DNA of 54,461 nucleotides, the filler included, from Sphacelaria rigidula (lineage: Eukaryota): the NCBI GenBank assembly GCA_964200075.2. It is 5 parts of 5 records of this genome, joined end to end, with 100 filler letters (N's around TTAATTAATTAA, not from the genome) between each part and the next. Parts side by side here need not be neighbours in the genome. Positions count along the whole stretch, not along the records: positions 10,915 to 21,727 come from CAXNAA020005866.1; positions 21,828 to 32,639 come from CAXNAA020005867.1; 3 more parts are not named here. One strand, written 5' to 3'. Position numbers and translations under genes: made by a program. Each line of letters opens with the position of its first letter. The stretch's first letter is position 1. Of the stretch, positions 11,350 through 22,067 are shown piece after piece. A model generated the notes under the pieces. It was not told the DNA's origin. It was given only the letters and a program-made list of their open reading frames with translations, and ran no database searches.

Positions 11350-13560
11350 ATCGCTAGAAGACAAGTTGCCGCGATCGAGTGCCTCTGGATCTGTGTTGTG
11401 CGAACACCAACAATGTCAAACAAGGTGTTCGTTCTCTTCCCACCCCAACCTGTGCAAATCGTGCACCAGCCGTGCTATGCGGTTGTGCAAAAACAGTCCA
11501 TATTGCACCGAATTTCTTGACCAAAGGAAATCAGGGCAAATACCTCACAAGTATTCCAGGAGGGCCTATCATGAGGGATTTCCGACAATTTCTGGACGGC
11601 AGTGCGTTTATTTTGTTCAGCGTTCGAGTCCCGTGGATTAACCGGTCCTTCAGCTGTCGGTGGTCATGGGCTATATCTCGTTCATCCCAGGAGTACCTTC
11701 GCTGCGGGTGCCAGATCGGATCCAGTCGTAACATCGGAAATCAACTTCGATTTCGACGTGGATTCCGGTTGTATTTTCTTCGTTTCTTGGAGGACCTGCT
11801 GCGAAGACATGGCCATGAATGTCTTTTAACCTTATGACACTGCAGTAATGACGAAAATCATTCGAAAACCTACATCAGCACACCATTCGAAGCTGTTCTT
11901 GGTCGGCGACTTTTAATCATATCTGAGAGAACTAGAGTTCCGTTTTCCAAGCCCTGTGAACGGAAAATCCCAGTATATGCGCCAAACCAAAACGCTTTAC
12001 GCCGTTCATCAGCTGTCCTTGTTCCGCCGCCACACGAAATATTTTCGATTTTCCGAGCCTTGTGGGAAGAAAATCCTGGCACTAACCTATAATCGAAAAG
12101 ATGAATGAGATAGATTGACGAGCGGCAATGAAAGCATTGGAGCGGAAAAAACACAAATGGCGACCGTTAAACGTGCTCATACGTGTGAGTTGAGAGTTTA
12201 GAGACTCACCTGATCTACAGTATCATGTATGTATACATGAAGAAGGTAATGGTATCTCCACATCACAAACAACGACGGGAGCATTGACGGATACACGAGT
12301 GCGGGACGCAATCAGGAAGAAAATGGTTATGGGTGACATCTAATAACGTCGGGGAACCGATCGTCGGCAGGTCTGCAGAGAACTCTTTCATACTCCACAA
12401 TGAACATGCCAACATGTATCGTATCCTGTTCTTGAGCATCTCGTTAATACACTCGACACAGGTTGAAATAATGTTTCAGTTCTCAGGGACCCTACTAAAC
12501 AGACTATAGGCCACTCTTCGGGACTCCACCGCATCCATATCCCTGCCACGAATCAATATCCCAATATGCGACTGGATCCTTCGCACACGCACATCGATCG
12601 ACATCTAACGCAACATGGCTCGGATGGTGTACAGTGATCATGCCTCCCTTGCGTGGTCCATTAAGTTGCTCTGTCGCCTGGTGAACGGGAGCGCCGCTTT
12701 CGTGAACAAGGAAAGATAAGAGCCCGTGCCCCGTTCCAGGACAGTATGGTCACACCATTCCATCGACTGTGACTGCGCACGTCAGTCCCGAGGGTATGTG
12801 GAGTCGCCCGCCACGGTACCACTCGGAACGCGACCCGCGCTCTTTCTTCGGGGATATCGCTCCTAGTGCCAGGTACGCCGTCAAGAGTCCGCAGCACTAC
12901 ACACCGGTGGCGCGATAGTTGCTCAACCTCGATTGTCGTGAGTTTGTGGCGGAAATGTCCAGCTCCCAATCCTCATATACGAAGTGGATCATGAACGATG
13001 CTCATTTGCTGAGTTTCTTTTCTCGTTTGTTCATAATTGGGCAAAGATTGATGATGAGGCCCGCAGGATTCGTCGCAGCCTGCGTGATCAACCATCACTG
13101 TACCCACTCTATGTAGCCGTATTCGGACAGCAAAGTGTAAAAAAAACAAAACGCCAAGCACCGTCGGTATCGACCGTATCAATGTCAATCGGGCCATCAG
13201 CGACTTACCCTGCTGCAGCTGTGATTGTGAACCCTTTCTCTAAATCGATCTTCACAATGCTTTTTTTGTGGATTTTCGCGTTCGCATAATTGGGGCACAT
13301 ATTACGCAGATATGACCGTGTTGGAGGCTTCACGTCAAAACTAAATGATGAGGAATATCAGATCATTCCACTTGTGTTTGGTGCTGACTAAGTCAAGGCA
13401 ATGTTCAGCTGTTTTCAACTGCTTTGCTCTCATGTTCTCGTGACATTCGCTGCATAACCACTGTCTTCGTGTTCCCATACCATCGAGGATGCAAACAAAA
13501 TCACGGTGAAAAAATACCCCGCCATGAGGGATTTTGTGGCTTTTGTTTGAAGTTTTCGAC
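11350..13560 (-). mobile_element. Heavily decayed hAT-like transposase relic
   Basis: Minus-strand fragments appear in hAT order, with many stops and frameshifts: BED-finger-like 'WLCSECHENM..STKH' (~13460-13370), 'FMIHFVYEDWELD' (~12995-12955; cf. hAT 'HFIDEDWEL'), 'MEWCDHTVL', and a weak C-terminal 'ILVRYL..' (~11550). Confidence 0.45.
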
Positions 13561-15319
13561 GATCTTGGAAAGGCTTCTGCGGTTCGGGATCGACACCCCG
13601 CGAAGAAGAGCCAGTGTTGGCGACTTTCGATGGCAAGTACACGCGCCACACGTATCATATGACACCCAAACCTGAACTGTAATGTACCGCTGACCCTCCT
13701 TGGTGCACTGCAAAACAAAGCATGGGCTAAGATGCCTTGCAGGCAGAGAAAACTCGGCAAAAGTGGTGAAAAATGCGAAATGATACATGTACATATATTG
13801 ACCGGTTAATGTGTTCTCACCAATGTGGTCCTCATAAATATTGGTCGTGCAATATGATGTCGCCCACGCTGCCCCAATATATACTGATGGGACAATATGT
13901 GTTCAACCCCACAGTACCAATATATATATTTTGGGCGAGCGTTATGTATGCAGTCCCACGACATCAATGTATATATTGGGCGGGCAATACGTGTGCAGTC
14001 CAAGGGTAACAACATCTATATTACGCCGGCAATATATCGCGAAATTCCTATTTGATAAACTGATACATATTGAAAACATATTGTATTGTCCAGGGTGTGC
14101 AAAATTTCAGCGTCCAATTCCTGATATCACGCCGTGCGTCGCCTGAGTGAGGAAACTACCCACTGTTGACTAGCCCCGCTCGTATACCCAACCCGACCCG
14201 CCGTTCGAATGCTAACTCGTCTTATTTCTTTTGCGTTCTCGTAAAAGCGTGGTCGTCAACATACTGAATCGCCCTAAACCAGCGGAAAAAAACAAAATGA
14301 AAAATATCCCACTATTTTTGGTTCAGTATGACCTAGCGAGGTCCCACCAGAAATTCCAATACACAAAACCAAAACGTGGGCCGGTAAGTGACCTGCAAAA
14401 TACTGTTCCGAATTCTCATCGATCCATTTGCAATTTGATACTTTTGGAGTTGGACCCTACATTTTGGTGTGGACAATCAATAGGGCATAAAACAAAAAGT
14501 TATGCGTGGACTTAAAAGTTATTTTCTCCATGAGTTGAAGGCAATAAACAGTTTTTTTGGTTTCAGTAAAATGTCGTTAACCCTTTGGGAACCCTTCCCT
14601 CCCGTCCGCGGGGCAGACGCCTCATTTCTCCAAGCGCTAGCAACGAAGAAAAGATGGGAAAGAAAAAACCCACAGCAAGCATTTCTACGGCGAAAGGCCA
14701 CAGAAGAATCTACCGACATACGTTATGCTCACACCAAAAATGTCGCCCCGGTGCGGTCGGGTTAGTTTTTTCGAATAAGGGGACGCAACGGGTCAAGCAC
14801 AGTAAAAATCAGCACCACGGCCCCTGAATTTCATTAAACAACAAGCAGCAACACCTCTATATTCTCTATATATATTTTGCCCGTGTGGCACTGCGGCACA
14901 CGTTTATATAGGTGACCGACCCCACGGGAGTATTGTTGTGCTGCAGTCCGGAGGTCGTACCCGCCAGTCACTTGGCAAGCATGCTAAGCCACATCACAGA
15001 AACGTAGTAGTATGGATGAGCACACAGAAATCCCCTCACCACACGTGGAAAGATTGAGGTGCGATACAGTATTTACACGATTCATCGCCAGTTTGAAGCG
15101 GTCGTGGGTCTGAAAAACACGCCTTGGGCAAAATTGTGGTTCTTGGAAGGTGCGAACAATCAACTATATGTTCTTCAAAACACAGCACCTCGAAATCAGC
15201 ATGTTTTTATTGTCAGTAACAAAAGTGTTGAATCATGAAAAAAAGGGTCCATGAATATATATTTTATTTTACTCTATTGATTGTCCATACCAATTTTTGG
15301 AGTCTCAGGTATTAAATAG

Positions 15320-15642
15320 CAACTGGGCCTGCAAACTTCAAATCCGCTTCTAGGCTGACTGAGCTCGTACCACGAGTACTGTTTGTACTTGTACGCTGTC
15401 AGGTGCGAGCCCCAATTCTACTGTCATTCTTTCCGTAATAATGTAAACATCTTCGTTATAAACTCACTATACTAAAGTTGGTATGAACATAGCTGGTAAC
15501 AGCAAACTTCGAATACACTGGATAAACTGGAGTCTGTGACGGTTTAAGAGTCTCTTAAACCGTCACAAGTCCTCATTACCACTTCCAGTCAAACTCCAGT
15601 TCCAGTTCAATCGCCAGTACAAACTGGTCCAGTTCACAGCCC
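15320..15642 (-). mobile_element. Dispersed repeat X, uninterrupted inverted copy
   Basis: Its reverse complement matches 16755-16963 plus 18347-18428 (gtgaactggaccagtttgt..tggcgattgaactggaactgga...cacctgaca...gtactcgt.gtacgagct...tttgcaggccca). Confidence 0.85.
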
Positions 15643-16965
15643 GACGATTTACGATTTCCCCTGTTTGGGGTTCAATACGTGGGCCACACGTCCCAAAAGT
15701 GAACAATCCATGGGCCAATATTCTGTGTGTCATAACATCCGGCATTATTATGCCAGAAATTATACCGGCATAATTAGAATAAGTAAAAGTCGCTTGAAGC
15801 TTCAATCTCGTGTACATGCCCGTACGTACTGAATAGCAACAACATATAGAATGGAAGGAAGGCATTGCTCGTTGCTAAAAGACATGCATGCCGCGGATGT
15901 TTGTACGACAGAGAGCTAGCACCAAAACTTCAACCCGCGGTAAATGGTTTAGTATTGTTACAGATTTATCGGTCATTGTCCACTCGATTAGGTTCCCATG
16001 TGTCATACTTTGTCATGCTTGGTACCTGATGGATCATACTCCATTGTGGTTGGATCGAACCGGCTGCCCTCACGTGTCACAGCGTTTTGGACTATGTATC
16101 TCAACTAGCAAAGCACAAGTTAGCCTGTACGCCTATTATACAAAAGCATCTACGCCATCACGGTCTGCTATCTCAGAGGAGTCTTTGGTCTTCACTAAAT
16201 GTCAGCCTGACCTTCATGTAACATATGGTGTGCTGCAGCCTGCGCGGCTCACGGCATGCCACCTGACCACTAGTGCGGTGGCTGACTTTACACTTGGTAA
16301 CGTCGAGCTTAATGGCTTCGATACTAATGATTGTGTTTGGGCCCGCTAGCCCCCGGTGCCCACTGAACTGGCACCTTCCCACCTAGGTGGTGAGTATCGA
16401 GCCATGACAGAATAACTGATGTTGAACCAATGTGCTTTTGTCAACCCGTCCATGGTAGCCCTCACCTCGTCGAGCGTGATGCCTCGAGGTGGGTCGCGCA
16501 GCTCTTACGCAAATTTGTCCTACAATCCCCCGTAGAGTAGCAACGTGCTCAACGGTATTCGACCAACCCCGCATTCCCGAAGCAAAGGTTCCCCTCTCGA
16601 TGCCCTCCTGCCCGAACTGCTACGTACAACAACTGAGATGGGCCTCGCGGTACGGAGGCAGCTGTAGCGTGCTGTGGTGCCTTCAGCATTGTGTTGTTTA
16701 TTGTTCATATTAGCTACTACAGTCGAACCCCTGGTCACAAAGTACAATGATAAAGGGTTGTGAACTGGACCAGTTTGTTTTGGCGATTGAACTGGAACTG
16801 GAATTTAAGTGGAACTGGTGATGAGGACTACAGTTTTTCCAGTGAATTGGGGGTTTGCAATTACCGGCTACGCTTATACCATTTTGGTGTATACTTATTT
16901 CATAACGAAGATGCTTACATCATTACGAACGACATTTCAGTAGAATTGGGGCCTCCACCTGACAA

Positions 16966-17265
16966 CTGTTGTTCTCGTGAGATTGAGAGTAGCGTGCTGA
17001 TTGAGAGTCAATTTGATACGTCGCTGTAACTCAGCAAATTTTTTATTCTGGGTGCGCTTTTGTTTGCCTCCATCACTGGCGTGTGCTGACGGCTACACGT
17101 CGATATCCTACTCAGGGATGTCAAGGGCCTCAGTGGCGAGCTACTACTCCGGAAAGCATATTGGGCCTCGGGGAAGGTCATTTCGGAACTGAAACGATTC
17201 AATCACTACTTGACCGCTTTCCACTCTCAACAGTATCCCCTACTTTCGGTCTTTCGAAAACACTG
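16966..17265. mobile_element. hAT-like MITE, copy 2
   Basis: Colinear with 9906-10201 (gctacacgtcgatatcctac...ggaac.gaaacgattca...cgaaaacactg), with imperfect TIRs. Confidence 0.8.
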
Positions 17266-17269
17266 TTGG

Positions 17270-18345
17270 CAATGGATTCTCGAAAATGGGGTTGAAAACA
17301 GATTGAGGTTGAACCCAAAAGCCGTGCTTTCCCTGACCCAAATTCATGACAAATGACTTTCATATGGACGACCCCACCTCTCACGACCTGCCTCAAACTA
17401 TTCCGGGCGGTTTCTAGCCTTCCGTTCCCCCAAAGGATATGCGCAAAAACACGATTTTTGGGCCAAAAAACGTCCTCCTTTCACCCTGAAATCAAGGCAA
17501 TAGTGTGCTTTCGCACGTATCCTTTGGGGGTACGGAAGGCTAGAAACCCCCCGAAATAGTTTAAGAGAGGTTGTGATGGTATATGACTGAGGCGGTTAAT
17601 TAAAACTAGTTTCCTTGTGGATATGCTGATGGTCCCCAGAAACGACCAGCGGGTATGGTAGGAATCTGGTCGAATGTGTGTTTGTAAGGCAGGATTCGAT
17701 TCCCTGTTTAATTGCCGGCTTTGGTTGAAGGCGAAAGGATTGTACCCGAATGGCTGCGTGTACCTGCCGTTACTACAGCTTTTGATTGGCATGGAGTAAA
17801 GTGCGTCACGGAAAGTAGTATTTACATGACAAGATTGTATGCGTAGCTAGGAGCTTTGAGAGTAATCGTGTGCCCATCGCCCAGGCAAGGCACTTGCGTC
17901 CCAACTCAGCGAAGGCCCTACCGTAGAGAATCCACAAGAAGGAACATCAGCTTTTCATCTATTCTACGCAAGGTCAACCTGTGGCGAGCCGTGACAAGCT
18001 AACAACACGAGTGAGTCACGAGTAACATAATTCCCATATATCACAGTGGTGTTCCCTTTTCAGAAGGAGCTCAGTACTTATTTTTAACCGCAGCTGGCTA
18101 CGGTCGACGACTGCCCTTGTATGAGAAAAACATACGGTTTGAGTTACGAGCCGAAAACAGGATCAGCAAGCCACATACTCTCCCATCTTGGGTCGTGGCC
18201 TTGCTTTGCTAGCGATTACGTCGCAAGGTCGGGAGGGGTGAGGTCGTCCGTATGAAAGTCATTTGTCATGAATTTAGGTCAGGAAAAACACGGCTTTTGC
18301 GTTGAACCTCATTTTGTTTTTCAATCCCATTTCCGAGATCCACTG
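17270..18345. mobile_element. ~1.08-kb non-autonomous DNA transposon with ~120-bp TIRs (CA.TGGAT.TCG.AAATGGG.TTGAAAA)
   Basis: 17270-17390 is the reverse complement of 18225-18345. The same TIR recurs at 21670-21727, and a weaker relative occurs at 10915-10985. Confidence 0.85.
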
Positions 18346-19136
18346 TTTGACAGCAATGCGAGTACAGACAGTACTCGTTGTACGAGCTGGGCCAGCCTAG
18401 AAGGGGATTTTAAATTTGCAGGCCCATTCGCAACATTTTGGGATTAGACTTGTAGCCAAATGATACCAAGCCGTCGTAGGTTTCAGTATGATCGCATGCA
18501 TGATTGGAGCAGTAGCAGGGGGCAGGGGATCCAGGATTGATGACCCTTATCTGTGTGGCCTCTTGCTGCTGGCGTGTGATGTGGTCTATTGAGGATCCCT
18601 CCATGATAATACTAAGTGAGAAGAATGGACTAGTTGAGCAGAATGGACTAGTTGAGCACGAGGCCAGTGCTACTGGAGGAGTCCCTCGTGGATAGTCCTC
18701 TTGTCCGGATCGTCTGGCGGAGACTACAATATCCAGATATTATTCTTGCGGCACTCTGTTAGGGGAGTTTTGGCTGAGAAGAGATTGGGCTCCAGCTCAG
18801 AGCCAGTTCAGCTCGCAGACAGGAGGAGTAGCCTGAAGCAGCATCGGGAGAACGCTCCGTCAGCTGGAGGACGCACAAGTCAGGCAAGAGCACCTCAGTA
18901 AAGTGCTTGAAGCGTAGGCGACGTGCACACGTGGACAAATAGCACCCTGTAGGACGAGCTGCACGGGGTTCTCCACAGTCTTTGTGAAAACTCCTGTGTA
19001 ACATTTGCAAACCCTAGTACCTGTAATAGCATTTTGCATAGCGTTTTTGTCGAAACTCTGCAAGCAACCCTGTGGAGAGGCCGTCCAAATTTGAAAAATT
19101 CTAAGTTATTTTGGTACAAAATCTGTAAATTTATTT

Positions 19137-19238
19137 TTTTGGAATAGCGTCTCCTGCTGTCGAGATAAATTCTTCTTCGCCTGATTCAAATCGGGCGAAG
19201 AAGAATTTTTCTCGGACAGCAGGAGAAGCTATTCAAAA
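19137..19238. repeat. ~100-bp near-perfect palindrome
   Basis: gaatagcgtctcctgctgtcgagataaattcttcttcgcctgatt / aatcgggcgaagaagaatttttctcggacagcaggagaagctattc. Confidence 0.9.
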
Positions 19239-20139
19239 CAGATCCTTTTTTCGCCCAATTTATTTGGGCAAAAAAAGGATATGTTTCGAACAGCTTCTTC
19301 TGCTGCGTAAATCCCATGAACACTCGCAGATTTGGAATTTGAACAGCAGAAGAAGCTCGAAATAAATCTTCACTTTGCCCTTCATTTCATCTGGAGATTG
19401 GGGGAAAATATATTTATTGCGAACAGCGTCAGCTGGGCATATCCCGCATACTGCACCGTTATCAGCATATGGGATCCGACAAGCAGAAGAAATTGTTGAA
19501 AACAGTTCATCCTTTCGCCCCCCGATCCATGCACATGGGCTAAAGGATGAATCATTCTCAACAGCTTTTGCTGAATGGAGATCCGACACACTGATTACGA
19601 TCGAGTTTATGTTCACACGCCTACGAGTTTAGATACCAGGCTTCCGCTCAAGACATGGACACTGGGTTGACGGTGTATACCTCGCATATCACTTCACAGT
19701 GCTTTTGAAAACCCCGTGGTCCACAGTCTACCATAATCACTCAACCGAGTATTTTTTTGTCTAGACAGCTTTTTGTTTGATGGTTATTAGAAGCACAAAA
19801 TAATTTCGCCGTGAACGCCAGTTTAGGTGGCTCAATGGACAACCTGACGTACCCCCGTCCACACGAACTTAAGTTCAATTTTTACCCCTGCCACTTCTCG
19901 ACCGTTTTTTTCTGCCAGTACCATGCCTGCACAGCTTATTAACAGCGATGAATTCTACACGGAGTGACGAAACCCTGTGAAGCACCCTGTGTGACACAAA
20001 ATAATACCCTACACTCATATTCCCGCGAGAAACACTGCACAGTATCCCTGAACCCTGTGAAGCGTCCTGTGACCTACAGCCAGATCCCCGCGAGAAACAC
20101 TGCACAGCTTCCCTGAACCATGTAGACGTGCCCCACAGG

Positions 20140-21669
20140 GTGCTATTTGTCCACGTGTGTGGCTCAAGCGGCGAAAGCGTCGCTGGTATTAGGTGAGTCA
20201 CTACAGCCGCTAAAGTATGGTGAAGTATGGATCGAGGAAGCATCACGGGTGGTTTTTGCAAGATACATTGAATACGTACAGCGGTGGAGTCTAGCGAATG
20301 CAGAAGGAGCTATACGGGATGAGAGAGTAAGCATAGGGCAACTCATTCCTGTCTACATTCACCGCTGCTTCGAAGACATGTTCAAGGATGGTCGGGCTAT
20401 GACCCCCGATGAATTGCTTGATGCTGTGAAGTAGCATGCCGGGTATACCACAACCGGTGGGAAGCATGACGCTACGCGGGCTGCAGCAGACCTGTGTAAG
20501 GTATCTACAATGAAGCAAACCGGTGGATAGTACGTGAAGAATCGTGCTATGATGGTTAGCTCAGACTTGGAACGTTTTTTTGCTGGAAATCTTATGATGC
20601 AAGCAATGTACCGTGCGGAAGACAAGAGTTGGTTGCCTGGCCCGGCCGAGTCGGTTTGCATTGCTTTGGTTGACGGGATTTCGCCCCCCTAGTTCAAGGC
20701 GTATGTCAGGAGTGTACTGACGTATGTTGACGGCTGGAAAAAGAACCCGACGGTGATGTTCAAACACATATTCGAAGCGGCCGACCAATGGAAGTTCATT
20801 GAACCACATGGCCGGCGCGACTCTGTGACAAGTGCAGGTGGTATGCGCTGCAAACACCAACAGCAACAGAAACGGCAGCCGTCTGGGCGAGAGTCGTCCA
20901 CTCGCGCGTGTTACAATTGTGGCGACACTGGACATATGATTGAGGACTGCCCCATGCCTCGCGCTCAAGGTGCTGCAGAGGGCAATGCACGAGATTCATC
21001 AGGATCTCGGGGCGGTCGTCACGGTGGACGGGGCCGTGCAAATCAGGGACGCGGGCGCGGCGGCCGCGGTAGCAAGCAATCGGTGGTGGATCGTGGTTCT
21101 TCCACTGCTGTTTCTTCCACAACGTGATCAGGTGGTGACAAAGGATCTCATGGTTCGGCCGGAGCGGGGCGGACAGCGTACGTGGGAAACGCAAATACTT
21201 TGGTGGGGAGTGCTGGAGCGAATAGCTCGCAACCCATCGGCCAGGCAGGATCCGTGTCTCGTGCATTCGCTACGGCTGCGATGGCTGTAACGGCGCCGTC
21301 TGCATATTTGGCGACCTGGTCTCGTTGGGTCGACGATTCTCAGCTATCGATGCGAAGTGCCGGAGGGCCGCCCCAGCGTCAGGTGACTTGGAACAGAACA
21401 GGGTTCTTCGGCAGGCGTGGTACCTGTCGATCGCACGGCTGAATGCTTACGCGCAGATTTAGCCTTGCCTGGTTCTGTAGGTTCGTTTATGGCGCGCGTT
21501 ATTCTGGATTCTGGGTCCGCTCTCACGTCGATTGGTATGGGGTTGCTTGAGCAAATGTCTTGGCAGTTTGGCGGCGCTCAGCGTCTATCTCCGTTTCAAT
21601 ACGGACCGCAAACGGCGCAGACCGCCACGGGTGCTCCCGTGACGGTTACACACAAAACAGTACCAATTC
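20140..21669 (+). mobile_element. LTR retrotransposon relic (Ty3/Gypsy-like): gag with CCHC zinc knuckle plus aspartic protease
   Basis: CYNCGDTGHMIEDC (20909-20950), an RGG-rich gag tail, and protease active-site motif 'VILDSGSALTSI' (D at 21507). Several stops; cut at 21670 by a TIR. A ~65-bp tandem duplication lies upstream (19970-20120). Confidence 0.85.
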
Positions 21670-21727
21670 ACAGCCGATTTTCGAAAATGGGGTTGAAAAC
21701 AAATATGAGGTTCAACTCAAAAGCCGT
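21670..21727 (+). mobile_element. TIR of the 17270-18345 family inserted into the retrotransposon protease region
   Basis: cagccgattttcgaaaatggggttgaaaacaaatatgaggttcaactcaaaagccgt matches 17270-17325. Confidence 0.8.
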
Positions 21728-21827
21728 NNNNNNNNNNNNNNNNNNNNNNNNNNNNNNNNNNNNNNNNNNNNTTAATTAATTAANNNNNNNNNNNNNNNNN
21801 NNNNNNNNNNNNNNNNNNNNNNNNNNN
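21728..21827. other. Artificial contig spacer
   Basis: N44-TTAATTAATTAA-N44. Confidence 0.97.
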
Positions 21828-22067
21828 ACATCGTAAGTGAGAACGGACTGAAGGAAAGTGAGCCTCTTGGGCGGCCCAGCTCGTATGCTGTGTTTATTGC
21901 TACTGTAACGTGCGTGTCAAGCTGTATGCGTGCTGACGATGGCTGTATGCTTGGAGGACACTCGTGACTTGGCTGCGTGTGTGAATATACGATGTACAAG
22001 AAACAGCCAAATGATCAACCATATATGCTACTGGTGGATAACTACAAAGCGTTAGCCGGCAGCGTAC

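Larger units (their letters stand above)
16755..18428 (+). mobile_element. Repeat X copy split by two nested insertions
   Basis: Homology to 15320-15642 stops at ~16963 and resumes at ~18347. Confidence 0.8.
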
